Below are positions 12,141 through 24,450 of a stretch of DNA of 56,459 nt, one piece after another. How positions within the stretch are numbered: position 1 is the stretch's first letter; each line of letters opens with the position of its first letter. The notes under the pieces are model-generated. The model ran no database searches. It was not told the DNA's origin and was given only the letters and a program-made list of their open reading frames with translations. Source of the DNA: Hyphochytrium catenoides. Lineage: Eukaryota; Protista; Hyphochytriomycota. Both the position numbers and the translations under genes were made by a program. The DNA is taken from positions 1 to 56,459 of the forward strand of contig FLMG01001444.1 in assembly GCA_900088475.1 (NCBI GenBank), written 5' to 3'.

Positions 12141-14566
12141 GGTGTCTACTAGCACAAGTTATACGTGCATGGTCCTTGAAGCTTCTAATAGTAAGGATTT
12201 GTCGTGAGAGCCCAGTCCAAGCAGACCCTCCACTGTCTGGCAACAGACAAGGAATGAAGACAACGTCTAGTGGAGATTCCAAGGCAAGCTACTATGAGGA
12301 GAAGAAAGAAAGCGAGGCTCTGCAGCGTCAATAGCTCTTTTCAGTTGAGAGGAACGCTCTGAAGAGCCCGAGCGACGCACATAGTTTGCCGACCTCCAGC
12401 ACCTCATTGCTCACTCATTGGCGCCTCTGCCGTCGGGGCCTTCTGTGACATGACTTTCGAGCTGGAAGGGGCAAGGAGAAAGTCAGGAGCTATTAGACGA
12501 TAGAGAAAGTCTCGAGGAAGTTGCCAGCAGCCAAGTCTCACCTGTCATTTGTCGCTGGAGGCAAGCCAACCAATTTTTATGACTGGAAGCATTTCTCGTG
12601 CTTTCAACCCTTGTCCCGTCCGCTATCGTCTGTCTCCTTAGACAACAGAAGGTTAGCATCTCCCTAGAAGCTCATTAGGCCCTTACTAAGCTCACACTTT
12701 CCTCATCATCAGAACTCTTCGTAACCTCTTAGGCCCACATATCCTCTTACGGTCACTATGGCCCTGGTCGGTCTGCTGCCGCCATTGTGGCGCTGTTAAG
12801 ATATGCTTCTTAGGCCCGCTAATGGTGGTTCTTTTTTCTCCACACCTGGCAGTTAATGTTCCCTTTTGTCGCTGCTTTGATAGTTGGTCTATGTGTCTAA
12901 CCTGCAGAGTAGCTCTACTGTTCTACCCTCTAGCTGGAGAGCTTGAACGGACCGAGCCTTACCTTTCTCTCTTCATTATAGTTGTTCGAACGGCAGCCTT
13001 CCTTTCCTAGTATTCACTGCTGGTAGTTCTAGTGCTACGACCTATCGAGGCGCTTATTAGAAATGAGCGACCAGTCTCTGCTTTGCCAACGTTGTCGTAA
13101 GAGTAGCCTCAGCCGAAGAGGAGCAGGAAGCATGGCCGCGCTGGCAGGAACGAGGGTTCTACTCGTGTTGACTGTGCCCCTGAAATGATAGAAATAACGA
13201 ACGTCTCCCCCCCCCCGCCCTTCATGCACAATAATCTGCAGGGGGAGCGGAGAAAAGAAAGGCGTTCTTTGACAAGAACAGCCTTCCTCGTCATCCAAAC
13301 TCCAGAACCCATGGGAAGCGTCAAAGAAGTATGATACGGCGAGGCTAGCGACCCAACTACGTAGACTCCTTGTAGGATTATTATTGTCGCGTATCAATGT
13401 GGCAGCGGGACTCTAGACATGGCTCCTCTTCTCGTTCTATTGCCTGAAAACCTTCAAGCATCAAAGCATCAAACAAGCTAGAAAGAATAAGAAGGGGGAA
13501 CGCGTAGAGAGAAGCTTGTGCCTTCCCTATCCCATGCTCAAGGATCACAGGTAACAAGGGCCTCGGGACAGATAAGACATTAGAATAGAGGATCGATCAA
13601 AGAACAACGACTGGGTAGAACTGGTAGACGCCAATTCATAGCAGTGTGGACGGAAGCTTGTAGGGACAGCTCGATCTTGTGAGCCGCTGTCCAGGTCCTG
13701 CTGATGCTACAGTCACAAAATCTTGAAAGATGGCCTACCTAGTTCTAGAACTATAGTTGATGTGAACCTCTGGACAAGGCGGCATAGAACTAATGAGAAT
13801 GAGCGAGGCTATTTTTAACTTAACGAAGCACAATGTGTGTCCGAGGGAGAAGAGACATCAAGAGGAGCCCGCGTAGCGGCGATTTGTATGTACTTTCTGA
13901 TACAGTTTGCGGGGCCGGTAGAGTGTTTATGCAGGCATTGGTTGGTCGTGCCAAGGCACAAGAAGGCACTGGTAGTACATCTACTATTCTGTATGTAAGC
14001 AGGAAGCTTGATGACAGGAGCTCTTGAAGTGAAAGGCAATGCCCTGACTATGAAAGAGTAAATTACTGCGGTCAGAAGAAGAAGAAGAGGGGTTGAAGAA
14101 GTGCCACTACCTTACATCTGACCTAGGGATAAGCTAGACGTTCTTCTCAAGCCTTTCCCACCAAGATCTATATTTCCTTCGTCTTCTTAGCAAGCAGTAA
14201 GACTCACGTTATCCATCAGAAAGGATCGTCAAGCTACTTCTCACTGCCATAATACGTTGCCTAATACTACTCGCCACCTAATTAATTCTTCTTCTAAAGC
14301 TAACTCATGACAGCAACAACCGCCTTGTGGGAGGCTCGGGGCAGAAGTTAAGGTTTCTTCCGTGGCAGAGGAGATCCGCCACCTGGCAGTGGACTAATTG
14401 ATAGTGGATAGAAAATGATGGCGACGCTGCCCATTGAAGTGGGAACGATGAGAAGCTGGATAAGCAGGATCAACCGGCAAAAAGGCACTTGACCTTGTAT
14501 AGTAGTAGTACCTAACCCTGATTATCATCACCAACAAACGCTTTACAATAGGGAGATGCTAGGGCG

Positions 14567-15262
14567 GAAGAGAGCGGTGGCGCGAGGACGAGTAGCATGA
14601 TGCCAACACCAAGTCCTTCTCATCTATAGACGGACGAGACCCGTGTCGTGAGGACGAGTAGCATGATGCCAACACCAAGTCTCTCTCTTCTATAAAAGGA
14701 CGGAAGAGGGCAGTGCCGCGAGGACGAGTAGCATGCCAACATAAAGTCTCTCTCTTCTATTATGGAACGGAGGAGGGCAGTGCCGCGAGGACGAGTAGCA
14801 TGCCAACATAAAGTCTCTCTCTTCTATAATAGGACGGAAGAGAGCGGTGCCGCGACGACGGTGTAGCATGATGCCAATATAAAGTCTCTCTCTTCTATAA
14901 AAGGACGGAAGAGAGCGGTGCCGCGAGGAACGAGTAGCATGATGGCAACACCAAGTCTCTCTCTTCTATAATAGGACGGAAGAGAGCGGTGCCGCTAGGA
15001 CGAGAAGCCTGATATCAATGCGAAGTCTCTCTCTCCTATAATAATAGGATGGAAGAGAGCGGTGCCGCGAGGAACGAGTAGCATGACGCCAACACCAAGT
15101 CTCTCTCTTCTATAAAAGGAAGGAAGAGAGCGGCGCCGCGAGGACGAGTATCATGATGCCAACATACACCAAGTCTCTCTCTTCTATAATAGGACGGAAG
15201 AGAGCGGTGCCGCGACGACGAGTAGCATGATGCCAACATACACGAAGTCTCTCTCTCTCATA
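14567..15262. repeat. Minisatellite, ~10 copies of a ~66-74 bp unit
   Basis: Consensus GAAGAGAGCGGTGCCGCGAGGACGAGTAGCATGATGCCAACACCAAGTCTCTCTCTTCTATAA(A/T)AGGACG repeats head-to-tail with substitutions and small indels, with no unique spacers. Confidence 0.95.
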
Positions 15263-16233
15263 AGACTAAGGAGCTATGATCGAGTCAGCTTGCCATCCTA
15301 TGAGCTCTACCACCGCAGCACTCTACTGAGTCTCAAGTGTAGCGGCATCATCATCATCTGACGCCTCCTCTCATTATCTTCGTCTCTCCCATCATCAGAA
15401 GCTGCCACCAGACAAGGTAGTTAGTAGTTAGTAGTAGTGAGAGGAAGTCTATAGATTATACAGGCAGGATAATAATGATGACGGGACGACCAAGCCCATC
15501 TCCTTGTACAGGTACAGGTACAGATACCACGGTACAAGTACTTATATACTTGTACTATGCGAATCACAGGCGAGTTCGCCCTCTCGAACAAAACGGTAGT
15601 AGAACTACTTGACTGTTAGTTCTATAGCAATCCCCTGGATCAGCTTGTCGAAGGATCGAAAACAAGTACAAGTATACAAGTAGGTTGGCAATGAGATTTG
15701 AATTTTTATAAAAGTATGGAAATAATTGATAACTGTACTTGAATACGGTACACGATTATCTATCTTAGGTTTTCTCTTCTTTTTCATTTTGTTGTCGTGT
15801 GACCTCTGCTCTCCCTCAACAAATCTCCGATGAAGATCTTCTAATTAATGAAGATTCGTTGATGCTCTTCTTGAAGGCGGAGCTTTCCAGCCCTCGATCC
15901 CTTGGCAGCTCATTGGCAGCTCACACAGAGACGAGGGCAAGGTAGAGAAGAGAAGCAGAAGAACGGAGGAACCGAGAGCAGGAAGGAACAGACTCCCCGA
16001 GATCTTGATAGAGCACCGGCCTGGCAACAGCAGCGTCTGATTGAGGTCCATCCATCCAAGGGGTGGGAGGACTCCTAGTCGCTCAGGTCGACACCCTGAT
16101 GCCAGTAGAAAGCGCCCGGCTGCTCGTCGCGCGCTTATCACTGACATCAGGAAGAGGCGGTGCATTCTATTCCCTATCTCGATTGCCTTCATCGACCTTC
16201 GCCTGGACTCATAAGAATAATAAGAGCAGGACC

Positions 16234-18058
16234 ATGAGCTCCACAGGGGCCAGACTAATCGATGGAAAAGCCATTGCAGGTGCCATCAAGGAAGAGTTAA
16301 AAGCCAAGGTGACAAAATGGGCTAGCTGCGTTCACTAGAGTCTTTTGCTTGTGCGTCCATTTGCCCATCTTCGTCCACCTTGTAGTCTTACGTTGTGAAC
16401 GCCGTCCTCACCTACTTAGTCCTACGTTGTGAACGCCATCCTCACCTGACGTTTATGCCTATCGTTATTGGACCAGTGCTAACCATGTCTCTTCACTTTC
16501 TCAGCTGCAGGAAGCTAACAAGCTCTCTGGGAAGGTAACAGACCCTCACATATCTGGATGAAGCACCCGCTATCGGCCTCTGTCTTTCACTACGTTTAAC
16601 GTGCTTATGACCTTGATCATGCTGCTCTCAGTCGCCTCTAGCTATATTCTCTTCAGGTCTCTGAGCTTATCGGGTTTGTCTGAGACGCTCCTCGTCTCTT
16701 AAAATCAATGCAAAGGTGCGCTGCGTAGCTCTTCACCAGCTTACTTACCCTGTCTTTCTTCACTCTTGCTGTCTGTCTCCGTCGCCCTTCTCGACAGTCC
16801 CCTTGCCTAGCCACAGTGCTGGTTGGAGATAACAGAGACTCTGCTACATACGTCCATCTGAAGAAGAAGGCGTGTGCAGAAGTTGGCATAAAAACTGAAA
16901 GTCTAGATCTTCCTGGGGACATCGCTCAGGTATGGACTTCCTTCTCCCTCCTACCTGTCCCTATCTCCCACCCTCTACCACCTCGGTGCGAAGACCTATA
17001 CAGCTGCCCTGTCTGTTCTGTCTTTTCTTCTCGTCCCGCACAGCTCTGCCGGTCTTCCTAACTGCTTGCGCAGGAAGAGTTAACCAAGGTAGTTGATCAG
17101 CTAAACAGTAGGCCGGATGTGGATGGGATACTTGTACAGGTGAGGACAGAAAGCAAGCCAAGGAAAGGGAAACATCAGTTGCTTGCTTCTTCTTTTACTC
17201 CCTCTGCGTTGAAAACCAGGCTCACATCGTCCTTGCTTGTCAGCTTCCACTCCCGAAGCACATCGACGAGCGAGCAATCATTCATCGAATTGCTCCTGAG
17301 AAGGACGTCGATGGACTGACAGTAACCAACTCCGGTCTTCTATCGCTTTCTTCGTACGAGCCTTTCTTCTATCCTTGCACCCCTAAGGGTTGTCTAGACC
17401 TTTTGGACCGGAGTGGGGTCGAGGTTAAGGGCAAAGTCGCTGTGGTGGTTGGCCGGAGCAACCTCGTGGGTCGACCGCTCGCTTCGATGCTCTTGAGAAG
17501 GGATGCGACTGTCATTCAGTGTCATAGCAAGACCACCAATCTAAAAGAGTTGGTGAAGGAGGTGAGGACTATGGTGCCGATGGTGATGACTGAAAGAGGA
17601 AGAGGGACACCAAGAGTTCTCAACCTTCATATGACTCTCTCCTTTGATGTGCTTTCCCTAATATTTATCTCCGCAATGAGTTCAGGATCTATCGTCTCCG
17701 CCCTGCGTTCTGTTTCTCGGTGCGGTTACTATCCATCTCGCAGAAGTACATCTACCCATCTCACTTACAAGTCTATCCGCAGGCTGATATCTTACTCGCC
17801 TGCTGCGGACAAGCCGAGCTCATTCGGGGGGATTGGCTGAAGCCTGGCTGCACCGTTATTGACATTGGGAACACATATGTCGAAGACTCCACCAAAAAGT
17901 CAGGGTATAGGCCTGTAGGCGATGTTTGCTTTTCTGAGGCGCGAGACCGAGCAGAAGCGATCACACCAGTTCCAGGAGGCGTCGGCCCTATGACCATTGC
18001 TGAGCTTCTGCAGAACACTGCCATAAGTTTCCTCAGAAAGCATGGCGACGTGAAGTGA
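16234..18058 (+). CDS. folD: Bifunctional methylenetetrahydrofolate dehydrogenase/cyclohydrolase (FolD type), ~6 exons
   Basis: MSSTGARLIDGKAIA, LVGDNRDSATYVHLKKKAC, VDGILVQ|LPLPKHID, PEKDVDG, PCTPKG, VVVGRSNLVGRP and ITPVPGGVGPMTIAELL are joined by GT-AG introns. A ~30-nt micro-exon lies at ~16505-16534. Confidence 0.95.
16383..16447. repeat. 34-bp tandem duplication in folD intron 1
   Basis: tagtc(t/c)tacgttgtgaacgcc(g/a)tcctcacct occurs twice in tandem. Confidence 0.85.
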
Positions 18059-18699
18059 GTAGTGGACGTGGCAACTGGCGCTGGAGCCTGTATAGGGACA
18101 ACAGAGGTTGGAACCAAAAGAGCGCTCTTACATGCCGCAGAGAGTGAAGAAATAGAGCACGAGGCTGAAGATAGCATAGAATAGGTGCCAGGACACCGCC
18201 CAGCCTCTTCTGGGCACGGATCTCATACCAATTTTGGTTTACGCTAGCGTTACTACCTGCTCCAGTGCCGGCTTTACTCTCCGCTGGGGAGCAGAGACAG
18301 CTGTCTAACAGTTGACAGGCCCAAGTCCCCAATATACAGAGAGAAGGAGAGCTTGATATGGACATGAAGACAGAGGGAAGGTGAGGGTACTAGGAGGATG
18401 CTATAGAGAGCTATCCCAAAAGCGTTTGACTGTTGAATCTCACGAGACTGAACACGTGACACCTATTAACTGAATGACAGAGTATTGACATAACGCAGAG
18501 GTAGCCGTCCTCTAACAGAGAGAGGTCTACAACTTAGTAAAGCTCTCCTCTCCTGCTAAAGCTCACACACGAGGAACCTTTGACTCCCCTCCCGCCCGAT
18601 GAATGGTAGAGATTCTCTTGATAAGCCACTTCATTCTACCGAGTTCAACAAGGTCCCTGTGAAGGATGGGAAGAACGATACTCCCGGCTACTCCAGGTC

Positions 18700-21600
18700 C
18701 TAAAGCTTGCTTTGGCTCGAGAGATCCTGACTGTTCTTTCCCATCTTTGCTGAGAGTATGTTCTTGAGTTCTTCGCCGTCCAGTCCCCTGGGTTGACTTC
18801 TGAAGCTTCCCATCTGTTCAACGAGCTCCTTCATCCTTACACCGTCTGAATAGCGAGATGTGACGAACAGCTTGCCATCAACTCGCTCGATGATGCCTTC
18901 AAAACCGGAATAGACCGAATAGAACGTTAGCGAAGCGGAAGCGCCGTAAGGAGAGGAATGCCATCCCAACATTCCCCTCGTGTACAACGGACAACGTCAC
19001 TCACAGTAGGTGAGCAAGAGACAAAGAGAGAACACTGGCGACAGAGGTCTTAAACGAGACAAAGAGCGGGAAGAGCGGCTTTAGGTCTTCCGGCACATCC
19101 TCCTCTCCTTCCAGACTTCGTTTACTTACCCATTTCCACGTATTCATTGATAGCGTTACTGAGTGCATCTCCTGGTTAACCGTCGTCCGAAGGGTCAAGG
19201 GGCGAGATGTGAAGGAGTCAAGCGGCAGAGGACAGTTAATCACATGACCGCAGGAGATAACTGTTGATTAGGCAGATAAGCAAAGATTGCAAGGAGAAGC
19301 TAGACAAATAAGGAAGGATTGTAGTTAGAAGGGATGAGATCTAAAGGCGGAGGTGTAACCAGCTATCGGCGGAACTCTTGGGCACAATCACCTGAAATTG
19401 CGTCATGGAACTGCAGATGCCCCACATAATAAAGCGATGACGATAGTTGTTGCAGCTCTTTCACTAATGCGGACTCTGAGATGCCATTAGGATTGTTTCT
19501 GTTTGGTGACACAAGCGGAAGGTTAGCGGGGAGGGGCCCCGCCTCCTGGCTGTTCGCCAAAGACGCTGTTTTTGCTGTACAGCGTGCCAACTTGCATCTC
19601 ACTTCCTTCCTCTACAGGGCCTTTGTCTCTTTCTTCCTCTCCTTAGTCCAAGTCTAGCTCAAGGCCTTCGTCCCCTTCCACATCTTTCCTTTCCCTCTTC
19701 TCGGCTCCCTGCATTTACTCTTATGTGTCCTCCCTCCATGCCCTCTCAACCCACTCGGTAACCTTACCTTCTATGGAATAGTAAACCGAGTCCTGCGACC
19801 CAGTAGCTCTCGACAAACGGCCAAAGAAGCATGCATAGGAACTGCATATACAGGCCCCAACCTGAGAACTCCTCAGAGGGAATGGATATTACGTCCTCCG
19901 TAACATTCAGCTGGGACCTAAGCAGCAGGCATGAAAAGAGCAAGAGGAGGGAGAAAAAGGAGAGGTGAGAAATGACAGTCGGACAGAAGGAATAGGATGG
20001 CAGCTCGAGGACCCAGTTGCTCAGTAGGGCAAGAGTCATCTGCGTCAATGTAAGATCTAGAGGAGAATGTGCAATCAGAGTGAGAGGTACTGGAGCAAGG
20101 GACAGAAAAGCACCATCATAGGGTATTTCAGGCTAAGGCGAATTATATCTATCAGGGATGGCGTTGATGGTCGCTTCTACGGCAAAGAAACCAGAAGAGC
20201 ATAGCATCGGAAAGCTGAGCGTTGAAAAATCACCCTGCGAGATTTCCCTCTAGTGCGGGGCCGTCCTTTTGAACTCACCTCTCCTTCAGCTTCGTTAGCC
20301 CTCTGTGGACATTCGCCACCAGGACATCGCTCTCTCTTCCGTGCTCTGTCTCTCCCTCTCTCTCTCCTTCTTCCGTGCTCTGCGCATACACGAACTCTCC
20401 CCTGAGGATGACAGAGAGGAATCGAACTCTGGGAATGAGCTGTGCGAGAGAGACCTGCTTCAAGGTCCGGTCTTCCTGCGTTTTACGAAAGAGGAGGAGA
20501 GATTCAAAACACTAGAGTTAACTCACAAGGCAAAGAACTAGGCTCACATAGCCAAAGAACTAGGCATCCGGAGGCGCAACCTCACGAAGGAAGGGATACC
20601 TTGAAGAAAGAGTATAGAGAGAGAGCAATGATAGCTTGATCTGTGAACAAATGTATGAGTCCGTTCCTATAGTAGCTTAGCTCGAAGTGCCGGAGAGGGA
20701 CTAAGATCGGCTCAGTATCGGTGACGACAGTCTGTACCAGACCATCGAGAACGCGGATAGATCTGTTAAGAAGAGAAAAGAATGGTCAAGCAAAGAACAT
20801 TACCGCCTTAAAATAGCAGAGTCTAAACAGTGAGCTTAACATAAGTTAGTAACAGGGAACATAGCAAGTGAGCAACAAGGGAGACAGCTCTCTCCATGCA
20901 GGACCAGCAAGAATCGCGATAAAGACATAGACTCAACTGGAAGGAGCTTGTGAACACGGGCAGGTGACGAGAAGACAATAGGCTTGGCTACCTTAACTAG
21001 AAATTTATAGAAGATCAGAGTGAAGACTAGATGTCAGGGCTACGCAGTAACCACAATCGGAATCGGCGAGAAGGAGGATGGAGGACATCCGCGCCAAGAA
21101 GGTAATAAGAGGCGGTCGATTGTAGGGGAGGAAAATGCGAGAGGGAAAGGGAGAAAAGAAACAGTTGTTTGAAAGAAAGAGAGAGAGAAGAGAAAGCAAC
21201 CTACACGTCAACTAGCACAGCCATGTCTAGATCCTCAGGAAAGCTCAGGTCGCCACCATTCTTGCAAATCTCCTCTCTAAGCCACTCTGCCCTGTGTATT
21301 AGTTTGGCCCTTGTAATTCCCCTGGGCACGATGGTAAGAAGTATGGCAGCCACAATCTGAGTGCCGCTCACGGGAGAGAAGCGGTTGATCTCTTCCAAAA
21401 CTTTGTAACAGAGTTTGGTGGCCAATTGATCCCTATGCGCAGGAGAGAGAAGAGGGGAAAATTGCGGTCTGCGAGCGACTTGATCTTTCAGATAGTCCTG
21501 GACAGAAAACTAGTAGGACGAGGAGGAGAACAAAATAAAGGAATGTGAGAGATTGGCCCCACAATGCTCAGTAACTGCGTTTGTCAGGAAGATGTACACA

Positions 21601-24450
21601 GCTCAAGGCGAAGCAATACTAGACGGCAGCATCAGGGAAAATAACAGTAGGTGACTATCACAGGCCACTAAAGGTGCGCTCGACAAAACATATCAGATAG
21701 TCAGCCACCACGTCAGCAGAGCAGAAGGCACGAGATCGGCCCGCCGAAAAAGAGAAGCGACATGGGATTCGGACACAAAACACTTACTGCTGGGGCAAAG
21801 CGCACGGTAATCTTGCCAAGCAGTGGCGACTGCATGATGTGGAATAACTGAGAGGCAACCCCTGCAATGCTGTAGGAAGCCCGTCGGAATAAGTGTGGGG
21901 TGAGCAGAGAAGCATGTGAAAAGCACCAAGAAAGATACAGGACATAGAGAAGCAGAGGGTTGCCAAAGACGGGGGCTCTGTGGTGGGACCACAACTATAG
22001 GGTGCGGAGCAGATCAAGGCATGATAACGAGGCTTGAAGGGGATTAGTGCTCACCTCTCCTTCTTCTTACGCCCTCCCATCAGCTCAAACACGTATGAAG
22101 ATGACTCATAGACCTGTCGGAGTGGAAAGTTAGTTTGGGTGTCTCTCTGTCTCATTTCAAGCTCTGCCCATCTCTTCCCGTATGGACTCTACACTGACGG
22201 CCATATTATTCTATGCCTCACAGTTTCGCTCCAGGACGGCGCACGGTGGAACGCCTTCCACTCTCTTATACTCCAGATACCTCAAGACTGTTTGGCCTTT
22301 GTCCCTCATGCTCTCCTCTAATGTAATTCTCTACCTTGTCGTAGCCAATAGAGACAGGTACGATGAGAGCATCTCTCTTTACTCCGTCCTCGGGCTCCAG
22401 CATACTGCTGAGCAACATCTTGATCAAGCCAAGCTTGGGCCGTAGAAGCTTTCCCGTACGCGACCTCCCTCCTGGGGTTTGACGAGGCTCAGAATAAGGT
22501 AGGCGCCACAGCAGATCGAGTGCCAACTTTTTGAGGGCGGCTCAGGAGGCGGGATAGACGCTATAACTACAAAGTCTACGAGAGCTAGACGTCAACAGGT
22601 GATAAGAAGCTCACATTTTCCACATACCTTCCAGAAAGAACTCAATGTCTTGGCCAGCTCCAATCAACGTCTCAATGTAACTATGGACTACACTTTTATA
22701 GACAATATCATCAGGAGAGAACTTCCTCCGGATGAAGAAGGCACCACAGTTCCTACCGCAAGTAGAGCCATCAGATTAAGCAGACGAAACACCATCAATT
22801 CACGGATTATTATGAGACATTGCGGGAGGAAAGCAACCATTCGAAAGGAGGATAGTGTATAAACAACAAGCCTAGTGGGACGGAGCGATCTGCCAGAGAT
22901 GGGACACCGCCATGCGGTGAGAAGTTGGAACACAACGTATTGGACACCGGAGAGGACAACGAGAAAGAAACAGAGAAACAAAGTGTAGAAGAGTCAAAGA
23001 GGATAGAAGGCCCACCTCAAGAATGCGCCAATGACAGGTAGTAGTAGATTGTCTCCTGCCGCTATGTGAGGCATCCTGATGCCTAGTCTGTAGAACATGA
23101 AGGCGAGGACAATATAGTCCAAATGACTCTTGTGGCAAGGAAGGTACAGGATGGACTTCCCCTCCCGCTGTGCTTCCTCGCTAACTTTTCGAAGCATGGC
23201 GATGTCCTCTTCCGGCACATTGACGGTCTCATAGAACTGAGAGACAAGTGGCATGATGTACACGTCGCCGCAAAGAGGGGAAAAAGAGTGGAAAGTGCCA
23301 AAGGTTTTCAGCGTGAGAAAGAGATTAGATGTGGGGCAGCTGACATCACAGCCAAAATGAGGAGGTTATATAAGGGAAACCATCAGACGAAGGGACAATC
23401 GAATAGCGCTAACAATAGACTTCACACCTAGATATGCTGCTAAGTAGGTAAGAGGAACTCCTAGGATCTATAGAATCCAGTCTGCGTGAAGGACGCGAGA
23501 CAGAAATCACTCTGACGCCAGTCCATATTTTCCCACCTGCATCAAGGTAGAGTCCACGACGTTAGCTGTGATCTGCAGGAGAGCAGGGGAGCAGAAGTCC
23601 GCGCAAAGGCGGCCCAACATCCTCTCAACTTCTCCATACACTACAGAGCGAGGAACGCTGCAGCTCGCAGCTCTCTCTCTGATAGCAAGCCGGACCCTGC
23701 GCCATAAGGAAAGAGGAGAAGAGAGATTAGACTTGAAGATATCCCGTAACAGAGAAGGAGAAGGAAAAAACATAGCGGAAAGCAAGCAACACATCAAAAG
23801 GGAAAAGGAGGGAGAGACATATCAACGGGGAAATGGAGGGAAGTTCCCCAGTAGAGTGCATGGAGGTAACGCCAAGAATGGAGGCAACGATTTTGAGGCA
23901 ACCCGAACAAGGAATGGGCCTCAACTCATCAAAGACAATGAACGCGGCCTCTCTCTTGTTGAAAAGCAGGAGGTGGACCATTTTCCCGGCAGAAGTGTCA
24001 TGGGAAGAAAGGGAAGAAGTATTGACAAGTGAGAAGCAAGGCTGATAAAGGACAATTGACAGCGTGCTTGTATGTGAGGAAGAGAGAGACATAGAAAAGA
24101 GCGGAGCATGCCGCAGACCTCTTCGAGTGCAGTATCTTCGCCTTCAGCTCTTCGAGAGGATACTTGTAGAGCTCCTCTTGAGAGAAAGCTGAGTGTTTCC
24201 CTAACAAAGCCTTAAAGAACCCCAACGGGTGGTGTCCCGTCGTGCGTCCTCTTCCGTCGAGAATGTCCATAGTGCGACTCAGGCGTCTCTTCTGCCCCTC
24301 TTCTCCCCTTTCTCCCTCTTTCTCTCTCATTAATGCGGCTTCTGGAGAAGGAGAGCATTGTTCCAATGATTGCATCTTCGTAGCCGCTCCTCCCTGTCTC
24401 CTCTGCTGGGCGGCCGAGACGACAAGCTCTACAGTTTCGAGGGCTTGCAT
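18700..24450 (-). CDS. GNPAT: Peroxisomal dihydroxyacetone-phosphate acyltransferase (GNPAT/DHAPAT, PlsB-type GPAT family), ~14 exons
   Basis: Acyltransferase blocks LPCHKSHLDY (HxxxxD), IAAGDNL, GAFFIRR, FFLEG|GRSRTGKLL and IVPVSIGYDK, plus LSYYRNGLIHLF and LLWPFVESYW. The spliced model ends ...SSQSKL-stop (PTS1). The start codon (24450 or a downstream Met) is uncertain. Confidence 0.85.

Noticed and set aside
14510-14520. Telomeric repeats (cctaaccct; also ggtttaggg at ~41437)
   Set aside because: These are isolated single units, not arrays.
14640-14665. Hammerhead ribozyme (CGTGAGGACGA resembles stem II of common hammerheads)
   Set aside because: The CUGANGA core and GAAA are absent from the repeat consensus on both strands.
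14567-15262. CRISPR array
   Set aside because: Units are contiguous near-copies with no unique spacers, there are no cas genes, and the context is eukaryotic.
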